From positions 1-64,000 of the forward strand of contig JALGVI010000011.1 of the NCBI GenBank assembly GCA_029838215.1: DNA of 64,000 bases. Reading direction: 5' to 3'. Of the stretch, positions 49,683 to 59,366 are shown piece after piece. Position 1 is the first letter of the stretch; every line of letters begins with the position of its first letter. Source of the stretch: Candidatus Helarchaeota archaeon. GTDB taxonomy: Archaea > Asgardarchaeota > Lokiarchaeia > Helarchaeales > RDOG01. The notes under the pieces are model-generated. The model saw only the letters and a program-made list of their open reading frames with translations, did no database searches and had not been told where the DNA came from. The position numbers and the translations under genes are program-made.

Positions 49683-49704
49683 TCAACTTGACTTAAAGAA
49701 ATCA

Positions 49705-50625
49705 TCAATCAATAATTCGAAATTTTAGTGCCTTTTCAGGACAGGCACCATAGCATTCCAAGCACATGTCGCAACTATGATGACCAATATGCTCGAACGG
49801 TTCTTTTAAAATGGGCACGTTCATGGGACAGACTTCTTCGCATTTTTTACACTTGTTACAATGTGTTGGGTCTCGTTTCAACCCAATTAATTTATATCGT
49901 CCAAAAAATCCCATGCAAGTCCCTGTTGGGCAAATATACCTGCAAAATGCACGTTGGATCACGAGATTCAAACCGATAAAAACAACAACGAGAATGACTT
50001 GCACGATTAATACTGGATTTCTGGCGATGAAGTCCCAAACGCCCTGCAAGACGTTCGGAAACTCGCCTCGAATGATCATCCACGGAATTGTCGAGAATAA
50101 AGTATTGTAAGGATCTATTGAGGTAAAAACGCCGTATTGAAAATATGAAATTGAAGGAAATTCCATGCCAACGAAATCACTCACTAAAAAGGAAAATCCA
50201 TCAACTACAGCATAACCTATGAATGCTGCGAGTAGGATTAGAGGAAGTAGGTAAGCGGTTTCCTCAAGCTCCTGTGAGAACTTGGCCTTCTTAAAAGGTA
50301 TATATGATACGATGTCATTGATTAATCCCATAGGACAGATCCATGCACAACAAGCGCGACCTGCAATAACCCCTATGATGAACGTGATACCCAGCGTGAA
50401 AAAAGGTATGACAGAAGCAATTAACTGCATTTCGACAATATTAAAGAAACCAGACACATTTGTATAAGGTGATCCGAATCCAATATCGATGGGTAGAATC
50501 CAGCCCTCCATCCAATAAAGAAGGGGCATCACGAAAAAACCCAAATTGAACAGAAAAAACGAAGTGACTTGAACCACCAATCGTATTAATCGCACTTTCA
50601 GCCTGCGTTCCATTTTTCCAACCAA
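49705..50625 (-). CDS. Membrane 4Fe-4S-binding protein (NapH/RdxA-like)
   Basis: TM segments, CAWICPMG, FCRYICPTG, CNKCKKCEEVCP, CDMCLECYGACP. Confidence 0.88.
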   Translation of the reverse strand: MVGKMERRLKVRLIRLVVQVTSFFLFNLGFFVMPLLYWMEGWILPIDIGFGSPYTNVSGFFNIVEMQLIASVIPFFTLGITFIIGVIAGRACCAWICPMGLINDIVSYIPFKKAKFSQELEETAYLLPLILLAAFIGYAVVDGFSFLVSDFVGMEFPSISYFQYGVFTSIDPYNTLFSTIPWMIIRGEFPNVLQGVWDFIARNPVLIVQVILVVVFIGLNLVIQRAFCRYICPTGTCMGFFGRYKLIGLKRDPTHCNKCKKCEEVCPMNVPILKEPFEHIGHHSCDMCLECYGACPEKALKFRIID

Positions 50626-50631
50626 ACTTCT

Positions 50632-50754
50632 TTAACCAATTTTAAATGCATGCACGAGTATAATGATTTGAAGCGGTTGTTGTAATGTCAAGCCAATGCT
50701 AAGGCATATTATGGCGAGAAGAATGATCATGACAGTGATAACTTTTGCACGCAA
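50632..50754 (-). CDS. Possible small single-TM protein preceding the Fe-S membrane gene
   Basis: Manual translation from TTG: MRAKVITVMIILLAIICLSIGLTLQQPLQIIILVHAFKIG (40 aa). GAGGAG lies upstream and the stop is 6 nt before the next start. Confidence 0.45.
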   Translation of the reverse strand: MRAKVITVMIILLAIICLSIGLTLQQPLQIIILVHAFKIG

Positions 50755-51056
50755 GAGAAAAGACTCCTCGATCTTTAATAAATTTCAATACTTGATAGCC
50801 ATATTTCTTCTTGCTTTTTAAGTTTTGCTTGGTTCATTCAATTTCAGATCGGCAAATACAGTCCGACATCATGTCGGGTCCGCACGGTATCTTCTGAACC
50901 AATTTTTTTGACTTTTCAGGTCATGGTTCCTTGTGAAAAATCAATTCAAGTGTAGAAAGTTATATTAACCGATTTTTTAAAATTCATGGCTTACCAAGAG
51001 CCAGTGGTTCGAAAAGTCTTTACACGACTTCACTACATTACTAAATTATCTTTCAA

Positions 51057-51908
51057 ATGGATAAGAAGGACCACAATTACATATTTAAACCTAAAGATTC
51101 TTGTAAGCTTGTTCTTATTGGAGAGGTTTCAATGAGCAAAAATGAATTGGATTTCAGTCACGTTGAGAAGCCGTTTACAGAATATCGACGAACTTTCATT
51201 TTGGATGCCATTCGTGAGAATAAGAAATCACATACCATAAATTTTTTGACGGAGTTGGATGTCACGGAAGTCGTGAATTTCTTCCGCGCTCATCAAGTCA
51301 AGACTGGAGAAATCCTCTCCTTCACCGCTTATATGGTTAAATGTCTTGCTCAAGCCATTTCCGAAAATAAAGAGATGCACGCAGTACGGCAAAAAATGAA
51401 AAAATTGATCATGTATGATGATATCGATGTAAACATCTTGATTGAAAAAAAAATTAATGGTGAAGGAAGACCTTATCCGTATACAATAAGGGCGGCAGAC
51501 AAGAAGTCTTTTTGGGAGATACAACAGGAGATTCGCTCCGTTGTGGAAAATTTCAAAATTCCTCGGTTTCATTCTCTTCCTCGTTTCATTAGAAAGATAT
51601 TTTGGTGGAAATACAGGAGTAGCGCACGCCTTCGAAAAAAAACCACGGGAACGGTTGGTCTTTCCAATTGGGGAATGAAAGGATCAGTATGTGGATGGCC
51701 CGTCACAGCCTCATTTTTTACGATTTTTATAAGCATAGGCTGCATAATGAAAAAACCGTGGGTTGTTGACGAACAGATTAAAATTCGCGAGATCCTGCAC
51801 TGCACTCTCTGTGCCGATCATTTCATAATTGATGGCATTCCCCTGGCTCAATTCGCCACTCGACTACGAGAACTGGTCGAAAGCGGAAGTGAATTACTCA
51901 AAAAATGA
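51057..51908 (+). CDS. Stand-alone 2-oxo-acid dehydrogenase E2-type acyltransferase catalytic domain
   Basis: TELDVTE, SFTAYMVKCLAQAI, GTVGLSNWG, LCADHFIIDGIPLAQF (DHxxIDG); no lipoyl domain. Alternative start at 51131. Confidence 0.85.
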   Translation: MDKKDHNYIFKPKDSCKLVLIGEVSMSKNELDFSHVEKPFTEYRRTFILDAIRENKKSHTINFLTELDVTEVVNFFRAHQVKTGEILSFTAYMVKCLAQAISENKEMHAVRQKMKKLIMYDDIDVNILIEKKINGEGRPYPYTIRAADKKSFWEIQQEIRSVVENFKIPRFHSLPRFIRKIFWWKYRSSARLRKKTTGTVGLSNWGMKGSVCGWPVTASFFTIFISIGCIMKKPWVVDEQIKIREILHCTLCADHFIIDGIPLAQFATRLRELVESGSELLKK

Positions 51909-51976
51909 CCGATTACCTGTTCAACTAAATACTTATAAAAGGCATGACGATATCTTACATAAAGAATTGGTGATGA

Positions 51977-53152
51977 TTGAAGATGTCAGCATCAAATGAA
52001 GCCGAAGACTTAATGAAAAAAATAAAAAAAGCAGCAAAAATTATTTCCAGCGCAGGCCCATTACCATTCCCCATATCTGATACGTTCATCAAGATCTTGA
52101 AATATTACCTTGACGATGAAGACATTGAATTGATTAAGGCCTTTAAATTCAAGAAATCCATGACCATGGATCAACTGAAGAGCAAGCTAAAAGACCTTTC
52201 TGAAGAAGAAATCGATAGAAGAGCCGCCAAGCTCGCAAAGAAAGGTTTTATTTTTAACCAACCCAGCTCAAAGGGCTTGATGGTCTATCGTCTCTTACCC
52301 ATTGTAATCATCGGAGCATTCGAATATACTTTCATGCCCAAACTCCCGGAAAATGAAGCCGAACTCGAACGACTCAGAAACATCGCAGTTTTATATGAAA
52401 AATTAATGGAAGAACTTCGAGATTCCATCCAAGAACGATACGATAACTTCTTGCCAATGTTCCAACAACAACCTCCAACCGATCGAACAATTCCACTCTT
52501 CAAGAATGCTGAAGGCAAGACAATCCCCATAAACAAGAGCATTCAAGCTGAAGAAGTCGTCCTGCCTGCACAAACCGTCGAAGAAATAATCAATAAATTC
52601 GATGACATTGCCGTTGGAAATTGTTTCTGCCGTCAATACAGGGTAATGCTCGGCGGAAAATGCGAGATTGATGCTCCAATGGAAGTATGCTTCACGTTCG
52701 GAAAATCTGCCAAGCACGTGGTACAACAGGGCTTTGCCAGAAAAGTCTCAAAAGAAGAAGCGCTAGAAATAATGAAAAAAGCCGAAGACGCCGGACTGGT
52801 CCATAAAGCATTTCATAACGCATCCGATATTAACAAGATTGAAAATTCGATTTGTAATTGCTGCAAGTGTTGCTGTGATACCTTTGGCTTGTGGCGAATG
52901 GGTGCAATCCCGATGGTCAACTCAACCAACTTTTTATCTCAGGTAGATCAGGAGAAATGCGTCGGTTGTGGCACGTGCGAAGAACGATGTCCAACGGGAG
53001 CCATCGCCCTGAATGCCGATAGCAAGGCTGAAGTAAATTCGGAACTCTGCATAGGATGCGGTATTTGTGCACACTTCTGTCCCGAACAAGCAATTTCGCT
53101 CAAAGAAGGCATGCGAACGGTATTTGTTCTGCCTCCACGTCTAAATAAATGA
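51977..53152 (+). CDS. Fe-S protein: N-terminal winged helix, Cys-rich core and C-terminal ferredoxin
   Basis: CFCRQ...C...C, SICNCCKCCC, CVGCGTCEERCP, CIGCGICAHFCP. Confidence 0.85.
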   Translation: MKMSASNEAEDLMKKIKKAAKIISSAGPLPFPISDTFIKILKYYLDDEDIELIKAFKFKKSMTMDQLKSKLKDLSEEEIDRRAAKLAKKGFIFNQPSSKGLMVYRLLPIVIIGAFEYTFMPKLPENEAELERLRNIAVLYEKLMEELRDSIQERYDNFLPMFQQQPPTDRTIPLFKNAEGKTIPINKSIQAEEVVLPAQTVEEIINKFDDIAVGNCFCRQYRVMLGGKCEIDAPMEVCFTFGKSAKHVVQQGFARKVSKEEALEIMKKAEDAGLVHKAFHNASDINKIENSICNCCKCCCDTFGLWRMGAIPMVNSTNFLSQVDQEKCVGCGTCEERCPTGAIALNADSKAEVNSELCIGCGICAHFCPEQAISLKEGMRTVFVLPPRLNK

Positions 53153-54043
53153 ACTCAAATTCTTATTCTTTTTTTCTTTCAAGAAAAAACCACTAAATGG
53201 TCGCAAGATCCTTTCTGATCTTGAATTATCCAGTATGGCAAAAACGATTTTTTGAAAGGCATTCTTAAATAAGCCGCTTCCAGCTAAATGCCCGTGAAAA
53301 TATCTCGCAACATCATCAGGGTTGTTACGGAAGACACCGCATCCCCAAGCTCCCAATACCAGCACGGAATGCCCGTGAATTACTCCTAAAGATAGGATTT
53401 TTTCGATTCGATCAACCATTACTTGCTTGATAAAGCTAATCTTTTTTGGCTCATTTCTTCTAACCGCACCGGCATTGACCGCTGGCGCCGTAATTATTGA
53501 GAGCCGATACGGTGAATCCAGTAATCCCCCGTCATCATCACGAAACACGGGGACCATCGGTGAATAAATCAAGTGATCTAAATAGAGATTTGACCTAAAT
53601 CTCTTGTTCGCTTCATAATACCCTCGCATTTGTGCAATGCAGGGAAAAAGACCCGATGCTCTTGCAAGACTCTCTTCCTGTGCACCGCTACCCTTTAAAA
53701 AACCTCCTCCCGGATTCCTTGCAGAAGCAAAATTCAAGCAGGCAACGTCAGCATGTCCTTTCTTCACCACGAGACGACGAGCCGCACTCAATGTCGTCTC
53801 ATTTCTCACTTCAAAAATGGTTTTATTTTCGACCTTTTTAACTCGAAGCAGTTTATTTCGACGTGAAAAAACCGCATCAAACATGTCAGGTTTATAATGG
53901 ATTGAATTTGATCTCGCGAAATCAAGCATGTACTGAAGATCAACTAATTCGCCATGCTCATTTTTATACTTTCCCTTCTCCAAGATTTCCAGGGTTTCTC
54001 TTGCAATTGCCGCTCTTTCCGTTCTGGAACTCAATTTGATCAT
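53141..54043 (-). CDS. TIGR02452-family macrodomain (bacterial-type poly(ADP-ribose) glycohydrolase)
   Basis: LNFASARNPGGGFLKGSGAQEESLARAS, IYSPMVPVFR, LGAWGCGVFRN. Confidence 0.93.
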   Translation of the reverse strand: MIKLSSRTERAAIARETLEILEKGKYKNEHGELVDLQYMLDFARSNSIHYKPDMFDAVFSRRNKLLRVKKVENKTIFEVRNETTLSAARRLVVKKGHADVACLNFASARNPGGGFLKGSGAQEESLARASGLFPCIAQMRGYYEANKRFRSNLYLDHLIYSPMVPVFRDDDGGLLDSPYRLSIITAPAVNAGAVRRNEPKKISFIKQVMVDRIEKILSLGVIHGHSVLVLGAWGCGVFRNNPDDVARYFHGHLAGSGLFKNAFQKIVFAILDNSRSERILRPFSGFFLKEKKNKNLSSFI

Positions 54044-54125
54044 CTCAAGTCTAATTATCTATTAATAACGGAATCTCGATCATCATGTCATTTTTTTTCA
54101 TTCTCCACAAGAACTCTAATATGAC

Positions 54126-55007
54126 ATGAAACATCAAGAATTATTCATGTCAAAAGTTAACATAAACGAGTGTCACGAAAAAATCAAAGGATTTCTAAAA
54201 CGACTGGGCACTACGGAATTCAAGGAAGATTTGGAACAGCATACCATTGACGTGCCATTGAGATTAGAATTTAAGTCTGGCGACTCCATCGAATTAAACA
54301 CCCGAATCCTGACCACGAACGAAGGATGGATCTTGATTAAATGCTTGCTCATGTTTAACGACACGATCCCTCCCGACCCCGAGATCCATGAAGAACTTTG
54401 GAGTAAATTATTGCAAGGCAACTTCGAATATCCAGAAGTGACGTATTCTCTTGACCGAGAATATAATATTTTCGTGGAAACCGACATGCCAGTTGGGACA
54501 ACGTTTGAGAACTTCGAATCGGAATACAACTCCATTCGTTTTGGCGCAATAAATTACTTCACGAAAATACTACCAAAGATCAACGCAGAAATTCAGAGAG
54601 TCGACACGTTCGAACGCATGCACCATCTTTACCTTTTCAAATTACATTCAGGTGTCGTCATTCATGATTATCCATTCAAAAGTAGCAATGAGTTGGAACC
54701 ACACCTCGTCTCCAGCGGGCTTACAGGCCTTGGCATGCTCGTTCAAGAAATAACAAAGAAAGAAACTCAAATGAAAATAATCGAACAGGAAGATATGACA
54801 ATCCTCTTGGAACACGGAAAATACATCACGGGAGCACTGATTTCCGAACAGAACTTAATAAGCCTCAGGAAAAAACTGAAGCAATTGGTTAATGAGGTAG
54901 AAAACTTCTACGATGAACAATTGGAAAAGTTCTCAGGCAACATTTCTGAATTCGAAAACGTCAGGGAACTCACCGAAAAAATATTCATTCCCATAAAAAA
55001 CAAGTGA
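54126..55007 (+). CDS. YbjN/CesT-like domain fused to a longin-like domain
   Basis: N-half WILIKCLL...KLLQGNFEYPEVTYSLD; C-half HLYLFKLHSGVVIHDYPF...LVSSGLTGLGMLVQEIT...ILLEHGKYITGAL...FYDEQLEKFSGN. Confidence 0.7.
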   Translation: MKHQELFMSKVNINECHEKIKGFLKRLGTTEFKEDLEQHTIDVPLRLEFKSGDSIELNTRILTTNEGWILIKCLLMFNDTIPPDPEIHEELWSKLLQGNFEYPEVTYSLDREYNIFVETDMPVGTTFENFESEYNSIRFGAINYFTKILPKINAEIQRVDTFERMHHLYLFKLHSGVVIHDYPFKSSNELEPHLVSSGLTGLGMLVQEITKKETQMKIIEQEDMTILLEHGKYITGALISEQNLISLRKKLKQLVNEVENFYDEQLEKFSGNISEFENVRELTEKIFIPIKNK

Positions 55008-55120
55008 TGATTTTAGCTTTTTACTCAATATTGATTTTAAAAATTAAGAAAGTCCTTCCAGCATTCCTACAATGTCGGGCTTTGAAGACAGTTTGAAAAA
55101 AAATAGCAAGAATAGACTGC

Positions 55121-55153
55121 TAGGAACTCCACGACATATTCACGCACGCATTG
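55121..55153 (-). other. 3' arm of the pre-23S processing stem (BHB)
   Basis: Pairs with 58683-58716: 9 bp, AAA bulge, CACG/CGUG helix, AAU bulge, 4 bp, then 13 bp. Confidence 0.9.
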
Positions 55154-55348
55154 TCTAGGTTACTTTCGAACCCGGCACGCTCGGGTGTTTGGGGGCCGCA
55201 CGCTGAACATCTCCTTTCGTTGATGCGTACACGCCGGCTCCATCAAACTCCTCTTTTAGGAGAACCCTCGTCTGCTGCAATCCGTTGCTGTCACCAGCCC
55301 CGGACGACCCATGCCTCGCAGCAGAATGGACGGCTCGTTTCAGGTTTC

Positions 55349-55379
<31 letters not shown>

Positions 55380-55505
55380 GATTGCAGCGTGGCTGCCCGG
55401 CATTGCCCTATCGGACAACCGGTAGACTAGTGGCTACCGCACGCCGTTCCTCTCGTACTGAGCGTCCGTTACCCTCAGCCATCCAACACCCCCAGTAGAT
55501 AGAAT

Positions 55506-55548
<43 letters not shown>

Positions 55549-55636
55549 TTAATGGGCGTACAGCCCCACCCTTGGCAGCTGCTTCACCGCCAGGATAGGA
55601 AGAGCCGACATCGAGGAAGCAAGCCGCGGGGTCGAT

Positions 55637-55732
55637 TTACTCGAACCCCCCATTTCAGCTCTTCTGAACGTAAGCACATCGCATGTGAGAGAAGACTCAT
55701 GTTAAGTTTGAAAAGTGTCTGTGGGGAGCTCT
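55637..55732 (-). other. 96-nt archaeal BHB intron in 23S helix 89 (about E. coli 2477/2478)
   Basis: Removal restores CAAGAGCUCAC|AUCGAC. Central helix GCUC/GAGU, bulges ACA and AAA, intron stem GAGCUCCCC/GGGGGGUUC. Confidence 0.92.
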
Positions 55733-56280
55733 GTGAGCTCTTGCCCGCGACGACTCTGTTACCCCCGGGGTAATTTTTTTGTCGCCACCTACTCCCATGA
55801 ATGGAGATTAGATGGATCGCTAGGCCACGCTTTCGCGTCGGGATTCATCATTGGGCAGAATCCCATCAGGCCAGCTTATGCCCTTGCACTCTACGAAGCG
55901 TTTCTGTCGCTTCTGAGCTGACCATTGGGCCTCTTTGATATCTTTTCAAAGAGGTGCCGCCCCAGCCAAACTGCCCACCTGAAGGTGTCCTGAAGCACAT
56001 GGCTCCAGTCAGTGATACAACGTACCGAGGCCAGTATTCCACGGTTGCTGGTTCGTGACCCGAAAGCCACAACCCATGAGCTCCTGGCTATGCTATGCGC
56101 GACACACCGCACCACAACATCAGGCTGCAGTAAAACTCCACGGGGTCTTCTCTTCCCACTGGGGGATCCCGGACTGTTCGCCGGGTAGTGGGTTCACCGG
56201 GTAGAAGGTAGGGACAGTGGGGACCACGTTGATCCGTTCATGCACGTCGGTACTTGTCCGACAAGGCATTTGGCTACCTT

Positions 56281-56531
56281 TATTAACATTGATTATAATT
56301 GATAAGCGGGATATCTATCAAATTTTTCATCTATTTTTGTTCTTAATGGCTTGGTAGTTCTGATATTAAATTTCTCGTTTTAAGTTTCTGAAATAAATTC
56401 TATAGAAGGATGTTTTCCTTCCACTAGACTCTTGAATTTTTTGTTTAATGATTTCTGTTGTAATTAATGTTTAATTATGACGTTTATTATCAGAGATAGT
56501 CCCAGAATCTTGACGCAGCAGAACACTTGTT
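56281..56531 (-). other. 251-nt AT-rich intervening sequence in 23S (about E. coli 1926-1928)
   Basis: Removal restores CUCUUAAGGUAGC; boundaries ambiguous by 2 nt. Much more AT-rich than the flanking rRNA. Confidence 0.9.
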
Positions 56532-58682
56532 AAGAGAGTTATAGTTACTCCCGGCGCTTAGCGGAGCTTACTCCGGTTGGACCCGGTTATGACTGACCGC
56601 CGCTGGCCAGGATTCACAAACTGTACACAGGCTTTCGCCCTTGAGTCACTGCGACCGGAGGTCCCAGGTATCAGCCCAAGACTGCCGGCACTCCTTATCC
56701 CGAAGTTACGGAGCTAATTTGCCGATTTCCCTTACCTCCTGTACACCCGACACGCCTGAGGCTTCTCACCTAGGAGCACCTGTGTTGGATCTTGGTACGG
56801 ACACGGAGGATCCTTCGCGATTTCCTTTTCATGGGCTCCAAGAATCAACCAAACCACCCTCTATTGGGTGGCCATTCATCTTTTCACCCGGTTCTCACCA
56901 TTGCGGTACTCCCCGGGTTTATGGATTTAGACAAGGCGATGACCCTGCTTGGCCTATCTCAAAGCGTCAGAAATCGCGCCTACGTTACCGCAAGCGTACC
57001 TCCGTGGTACAGGAATATAAACCTGTTTCCCTTTCGGCTCTTACGTATTAAGAAGAGTCTTAGGACCGACTAACTCTCGGCTGACGACGCATCGCCGAGA
57101 AACCCTTGTCCTTTCGGCGGCATGGATTCTCACCATGCTATGCTGTTACTACCACCGGGATTTTCACTGCTGACCGGTCCACAGGAGATCACCCCCCTGC
57201 TTCGTCCCAATCAGCACGCCTTCCTACCAAATCACGGCTATTGCCGTGCTCCGAGGTATCGGTGGCTGGCTTGAGCCCCGTCCATTTTCGAGGCCCATGA
57301 ACTCGATGGGTGAACTGTTACGTACTCTTTAAAGGATGGCTGTTTCTAAGCCTACCTTCCCATTGTCTTCGTCCACGAACGCCCTTCAGTTTGACACTTA
57401 GCCAGCACTTAGGGACCTTAACCCCGGTCTGGGTTGTTCCCCTCTCGGCAGCGGGGCTTACCCCCACTAACCCTTCTCCGGGCTTCTACGGTGCTAGCAC
57501 GTTCGGAGTTTGTAAGACAAGAGAGGATGTCACTCCCCTTGCTTGCCAATCAGTGCTCTACCGCACTAGCTACCTCCACCCAGGCTACACTGAGATGTAC
57601 TTCGGAAGGAACCAGCTATTTCCAGGCTAGATTGGCCTTTTGCCCCTATTCCCAGGTCATCAATGCGAATTGCACGTCAGCTAATGTTCAGGCCTCCACG
57701 GCAGTTTCCCGCCGCTTCACCTTGCCCAGGAATAGATCGCCTGGCTTCGGGTTTTATAACTTTGACTACGGCCCTTTCAGACCGAAGTTTCTCGGTTGGT
57801 CCTTCTCAAGGTTCTTGTGCTTCCACCTGCTCTAGGAGCTCAGGCTTACGCCAAGGTGTTGGCACCGTCGCCAAGACAAGTGCACCAACTTGCAAACTTT
57901 TCGGTTTCCCTGCGCTTCAGGGGTTGAACCCCTTGAGCTCGCCAAAATCATAAACTCCCCGGCCCGTGTTTCTAGACGGAATTAGTGACATTAGTCCTCT
58001 CCTCTCGTACTACCGGATTGCTCCGGGTTCCTTCGAGGAGAATCTGCCCTTTCATGCCACTAACGATCATGCCCAACTGGTTTCAGGCTCTTTGCACTCC
58101 TCTTCCGAGGTCCTTTTCAACTTTCGGTCACCCTACATAGTACGCTATCGGTCTGGGGGAGTATTTAGACTTGGAAGTTCATGGCTCCCATCTTCACGCG
58201 GGATATCCAACCCACGCTACTCTGGAATCTCAGCCCAGCGCCGTCCTCGTTACGTCTACGGGGCTATCACCCTCTACGGCTCATCTTTCCAGATGAATTT
58301 GACTTCCGAGGGGGGGCGGCGGCTGAGTCCAAAACACTACATCCCCGCGAGCTTTCACAGGCGGGTTCAGTTTGGTCTGTTCCCTGTTCGTTCGCCATTA
58401 CTAAGGGAATCTCATCTTGATTTCTTTTCCTGCGGGTACTGAAATGCTTTAGTTCCCCGCGTTCCCGTTCCCTATAGGGAACGTTACGGTTTATTAGACC
58501 GCAACACTACGTCGCATTCGGCAATCTCCGGATCTCGGACTGCGTGCGTCTCCCCGGAGCTTATCGCAGCTTGCCACGGCCTTCATCGGCTCCCCAGCCG
58601 AGTCATCCACCAATTGGGGTCGGCGTTGACGGGTTCTAATCGTAATTGCCCTAGGTCGAGCTAAGGCTCGAAATATTTACCT

Positions 58683-58716
58683 CAACGCGTGTTTCGTGAT
58701 GTGCGTGGAGTTCCTA
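58683..58716 (-). other. 5' arm of the pre-23S processing stem (BHB)
   Basis: UAGGAACUCCACG-C-ACAU-CACG-AAA-CACGCGUUG is complementary to the 3' flank. Confidence 0.9.
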
Positions 58717-59050
58717 TGCTGGCATCATCGTAACGTGAAAGACCGCACGCCACTAGCCTAGGATCCGAACGCCAAAAGTGAAGCGCGATTCAGGTCTTTG
58801 ATTTTTAGTTCTTGACGCAAGTCAAAATAGGCGCGTTTGAGTGCTACTTGCGCATTAATAAATCGAGCTTCATTCTCTCGTTCTATCCGGATCCAAAAAG
58901 GTACAATTGAATCACTTGACTTTTCCTGAGAAAAGCATAAATGATCGCGGATGTTCAACCTCTCCGCGTGTCATGCACCGGAGAGTGAGATACATGCTAG
59001 CACTGAACTCATGCTTGCCGTATCGAATAGCAATAATTAGATTGTCCAAG

Positions 59051-59060
59051 TTTATATAAA
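59051..59060 (-). promoter_or_regulatory. TATA box of the probable 23S rRNA promoter
   Basis: TTTATATAAA with an A-rich BRE-like upstream segment, ~340 nt upstream of the processing stem. Confidence 0.6.
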
Positions 59061-59366
59061 GTTTATTATGGAATTTAAATTTCCGTTTTCCTATAAATTA
59101 AGATTTTTTAGCAACCAGCATGGTAAAATTGACAGGATTGTGTTTAATCGTGGAGGAATATTCGATTCAGCTCGTTGTCTTGATTAGAATCCAACCTTTT
59201 AGATCTTATTTTGAAGACATCGGACGTTTTAACTCCGTCGTGATGTAAAATCGGAAAAAAAAACAATGCGACACGTTCGTGCACGATGTGGTTGCAAAAA
59301 AAAGACTGATGATGGGATGAAAAAGAAAGTTTTTAAAATTGGTATTCGATAATGGTTACGTAGCTA

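Noticed and set aside
56281-56531. Group I intron at the L1925/1926 hotspot
   Set aside because: No register gives a terminal G, and no P7-like core (CAGACUA/AUAGUC with flanking conserved elements) was convincingly seen.
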